In this document: in pieces, positions 63,637-64,000 of the stretch
Position numbering within the stretch: position 1 is the stretch's first letter
How the letters are laid out: each line of letters begins with the position of its first letter
Source of the DNA: Verrucomicrobiota bacterium
GTDB taxonomy: Bacteria; Verrucomicrobiota; Verrucomicrobiia; Limisphaerales; VHDF01
Assembly: GCA_016871495.1 (NCBI GenBank)
Contig: VHDF01000004.1
Span: 7,174-71,173, forward strand
Reading direction: 5' to 3'
DNA length: 64,000 nt
Notes under the pieces: model-generated
Seen by the model: only the letters and a program-made list of their open reading frames with translations
Told to the model about the DNA's origin: nothing
The model's database searches: none
Position numbers and translations under genes: made by a program

Positions 63637-64000
63637 TTAGCGATTCGCGGGAGACGACCGCGTCTTCCTCGGTGCGGGCAGCTCGCGCACCAGCTTCAAG
63701 GCCTCCTCCATGTAGGTCTCCCCCGCCATCTCCCCCAGCGAAGTCCTCGAGACATAATCGTAGATCTTGAAACTCCCCCAATCGACTTTGGTCAACAGAT
63801 AGCCAAAGGCATCATTCGTGAGCCCGAAGAGAAAATTGTGCTCACCGCGCATGTTCCGCTTCAAATAATAGCCGATGTTGGGAAGCGCCTCGCCGGGGAT
63901 GGTCAGGATTTGCGCGCCGCCCAGATGAACCACATTGAGTTGCGTGGCGAGTTTGCCGTCCGTCCGTTCCGGATACTTCAAGGGAGAGCCCTTGAGAATC
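63637..64000 (-). CDS. C-terminal part of a hypothetical protein (neutral-ceramidase-like layout), truncated by the window edge
   Basis: The frame is open to position 64000. ...VVHLGGAQILTIPGEALPNIGYYLK...LTNDAFGYLLTKVDW... parallels the C-terminus of the 48186-49598 product. Confidence 0.7.
   Translation of the reverse strand, partial: ILKGSPLKYPERTDGKLATQLNVVHLGGAQILTIPGEALPNIGYYLKRNMRGEHNFLFGLTNDAFGYLLTKVDWGSFKIYDYVSRTSLGEMAGETYMEEALKLVRELPAPRKTRSSPANR

Overview
High-GC chromosomal segment (GC not computed). Gene content points to a PVC-superphylum bacterium, most likely Verrucomicrobiota: two DUF1501 genes (one paired with a PSCyt/DUF1549/DUF1553 gene), prepilin-type H-X9-DG proteins, a GloVer tandem-repeat protein, a VPDSG/PEP-CTERM-like tail, DUF1080 domains and several Tat-signal enzymes. 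I support about 50 CDSs. Housekeeping anchors are prmA, an N-terminal-half-only carB, uppS, comM/yifB, rpsA and thiS. The rest is mostly secreted or periplasmic carbohydrate and sugar-acid enzymes, including a sulfatase, sulfotransferase, NahK-like kinase, Gfo/Idh/MocA oxidoreductase, DgoD-like dehydratase, HpcH aldolase and 2-hydroxyacid dehydrogenases. I found no rRNA, no canonical tRNA and no CRISPR array. Most long antisense ORFs in the track are high-GC shadow ORFs. The clearest sequence-level signal is heavy colonisation of intergenic DNA by short non-autonomous mobile elements. There are three foldback families, named here A (130 bp, 5 copies), B (~215 bp, 4 copies) and C (~258 bp, 2 copies). 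They share GT(G)CATCC-type termini, and each copy whose two ends are both present has a locus-specific direct repeat of about 8-19 bp on both sides. A fourth family, D (~130 bp, 14-bp TIR), occurs once nested inside a B copy. Other points worth a second look: a gene graveyard at 1.5-2.5 kb; a decayed type I R-M remnant that retains an intact HEPN/MNT pair; a possible Tat-exported sugar oxidation route (oxidoreductase, lactonase-like propeller, DgoD-like dehydratase with a canonical RRTFLK signal); a frameshifted C-terminal sorting signal; an orphan AAA-like STAND-type ATPase; and two tandem small membrane paralogs. All family assignments come from motif recall without database searches.
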